A model generated the notes under the pieces. That model did not search any database and was not told where the DNA came from. It worked only from the letters and a program-made list of their open reading frames with translations. Both the position numbers and the translations under genes were made by a program. A stretch of DNA of 64,000 nucleotides, from contig JBJCIZ010000042.1 in NCBI GenBank assembly GCA_051294375.1, forward strand, positions 89,970 through 153,969. Direction: 5' to 3'. This document shows, piece after piece, positions 62,681 through 64,000 of the stretch. Position 1 is the stretch's first letter. The number at the start of each line of letters is the position of its first letter. This stretch comes from Paraspadella gotoi (taxonomy: Eukaryota; Animalia; Chaetognatha).

Positions 62681-63824
62681 ATCCAATTTTTTTACAATTA
62701 TTAATCTGATTTAATTTTGTATAACAGATTAAATCTGATTTTAAATCTGACTAAATTTTAAAGATAATAAACGGATTGTAAGATATGTAAATATATTTAA
62801 AGATTTTATTATGATTTTTACATATGAAATAAAAAAAATGGATGTTAAAATAAATATTTTTGAAAATAATTTTTTTTCTGATGTATATTTATTTAGTAAT
62901 TATTAAAAATATTTAAAATTATATACATTGTCAAGTTAATATGAAATATTGACCAATACTAAATTATTCTCATTAGAGAGAATTTATTCAATTATTGTAC
63001 CCATTATAACAAAAATATTGTACCCGATTATTAAAAATTTCATCAAATTATGGTATAATCAAATCACCTAAAAATTTCCTAAAATAACCTAAATCTTTAA
63101 TATACTTGTAACTAAGATAGTAAAATGCAACATTAGGCATATACACATCTTAAGACTGCAAAAAGTTTAAATCTCAAACCTCAACATACTCTAAATAAAA
63201 AAAACTTCAAATTTTGATGACTAAGTGAATTGCATAATGTGACTGGGGCAACCCTCTTTTGGTTTTCTATTTTGTACAAATATTGGTCTATAATTTCGCC
63301 TAATTATTTTTTCTATCTCGAATATGATATTTATTATCTTCACTGATTATAAACAGAAAAAAGGTAAATTTGGCAATAATGGCTATTTTCTGCGCAAAAT
63401 TGTAAATAAAACAAATTTTATTATTTTTTAGATTATATCATTGAAAGTGATAAAAATTATTTATATTCTAAAGAAAACCAAATAAAATATTTTAATATTT
63501 TTTTATTTTGTAATATGATGGTTATTAGGTGATGTTATCTCGGTAACTCGTAATATAAAATTGTTGCTTTGATAGGCCCATTTATCTGACAATAGATTCT
63601 CTATCAAATAGTATGTACAAAATTACTTAGCAAGGAAATTTTTAAAGATACTAAACTACTTTTATTAAATATGTAAATGATATTTAAAGATTTTATTATG
63701 ATTATTTATATTTAGAATAAAGTTTGAAGAGAGATTTAACAAAGATTTTATTTCATAGTGAAACACATGTTTCAACTCACATACGAGTCTTCTTAGCGCA
63801 ATTCAATTGTTCTAATTGTATATC

Positions 63825-64000
63825 TGCAGACAGGGAACACACAATTCCCAAGTTACCCAGAGAGGGGGTATTTGACCGGCGCAATACTAAATCTGAAAAT
63901 ATCGACGCGCATGATGATGAATCAGATGGAGACCGGCGCCGAGAGTCGCGACCGTGCATAGAGGACGTCGGATGCCTCTGCGCGTATCGAGATGACGCCG
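63825..64000 (+). mobile_element. Further pol fragment (RH-IN linker) of the large element
   Basis: Matches ~56826-56990 (gacagggaacacacaattc, gacgtcggatgc, tgcgcgtatcgagatga); open frame ADREHTIPKLPREG... Confidence 0.75.

Overview
Repeat-rich, AT-rich eukaryotic (probably invertebrate) scaffold of poor assembly quality, with many N gaps and indel-rich long-read-like patches. I found no credible host gene. About 16.6-60.6 kb is filled by roughly five partial or gapped copies of one large (~13 kb reconstructed) Ty3/gypsy-type LTR retrotransposon. Its order is: ~240-bp LTR, tRNA-Lys primer-binding site, a 58-bp double-hairpin tandem array, at least four small accessory ORFs upstream of gag (two of them paralogous microproteins, one a stand-alone CCHC zinc-knuckle protein), then a coiled-coil Gag. 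Gag ends in TGA-CGG in frame with Pol, which suggests readthrough. Pol has a long unknown pre-protease region, then protease (DTGA), an RT with a YADN rather than YxDD motif, RNase H, a long linker and integrase, followed by a ~2.4-kb 3' region. One copy is a fold-back inverted duplicate that may be an artefact. The array interrupts a second, unrelated gag-like element. The first 14 kb holds a pol-less BEL/Pao gag-knuckle element, an inverted pair of 23-bp arrays with paralogous coding remnants, Helentron/DINE-1-like (HINE) elements and four tRNA-related SINE-like copies. The end of the window is minisatellite plus another pol fragment. All protein reconstructions were made by eye across copies and need a proper consensus.
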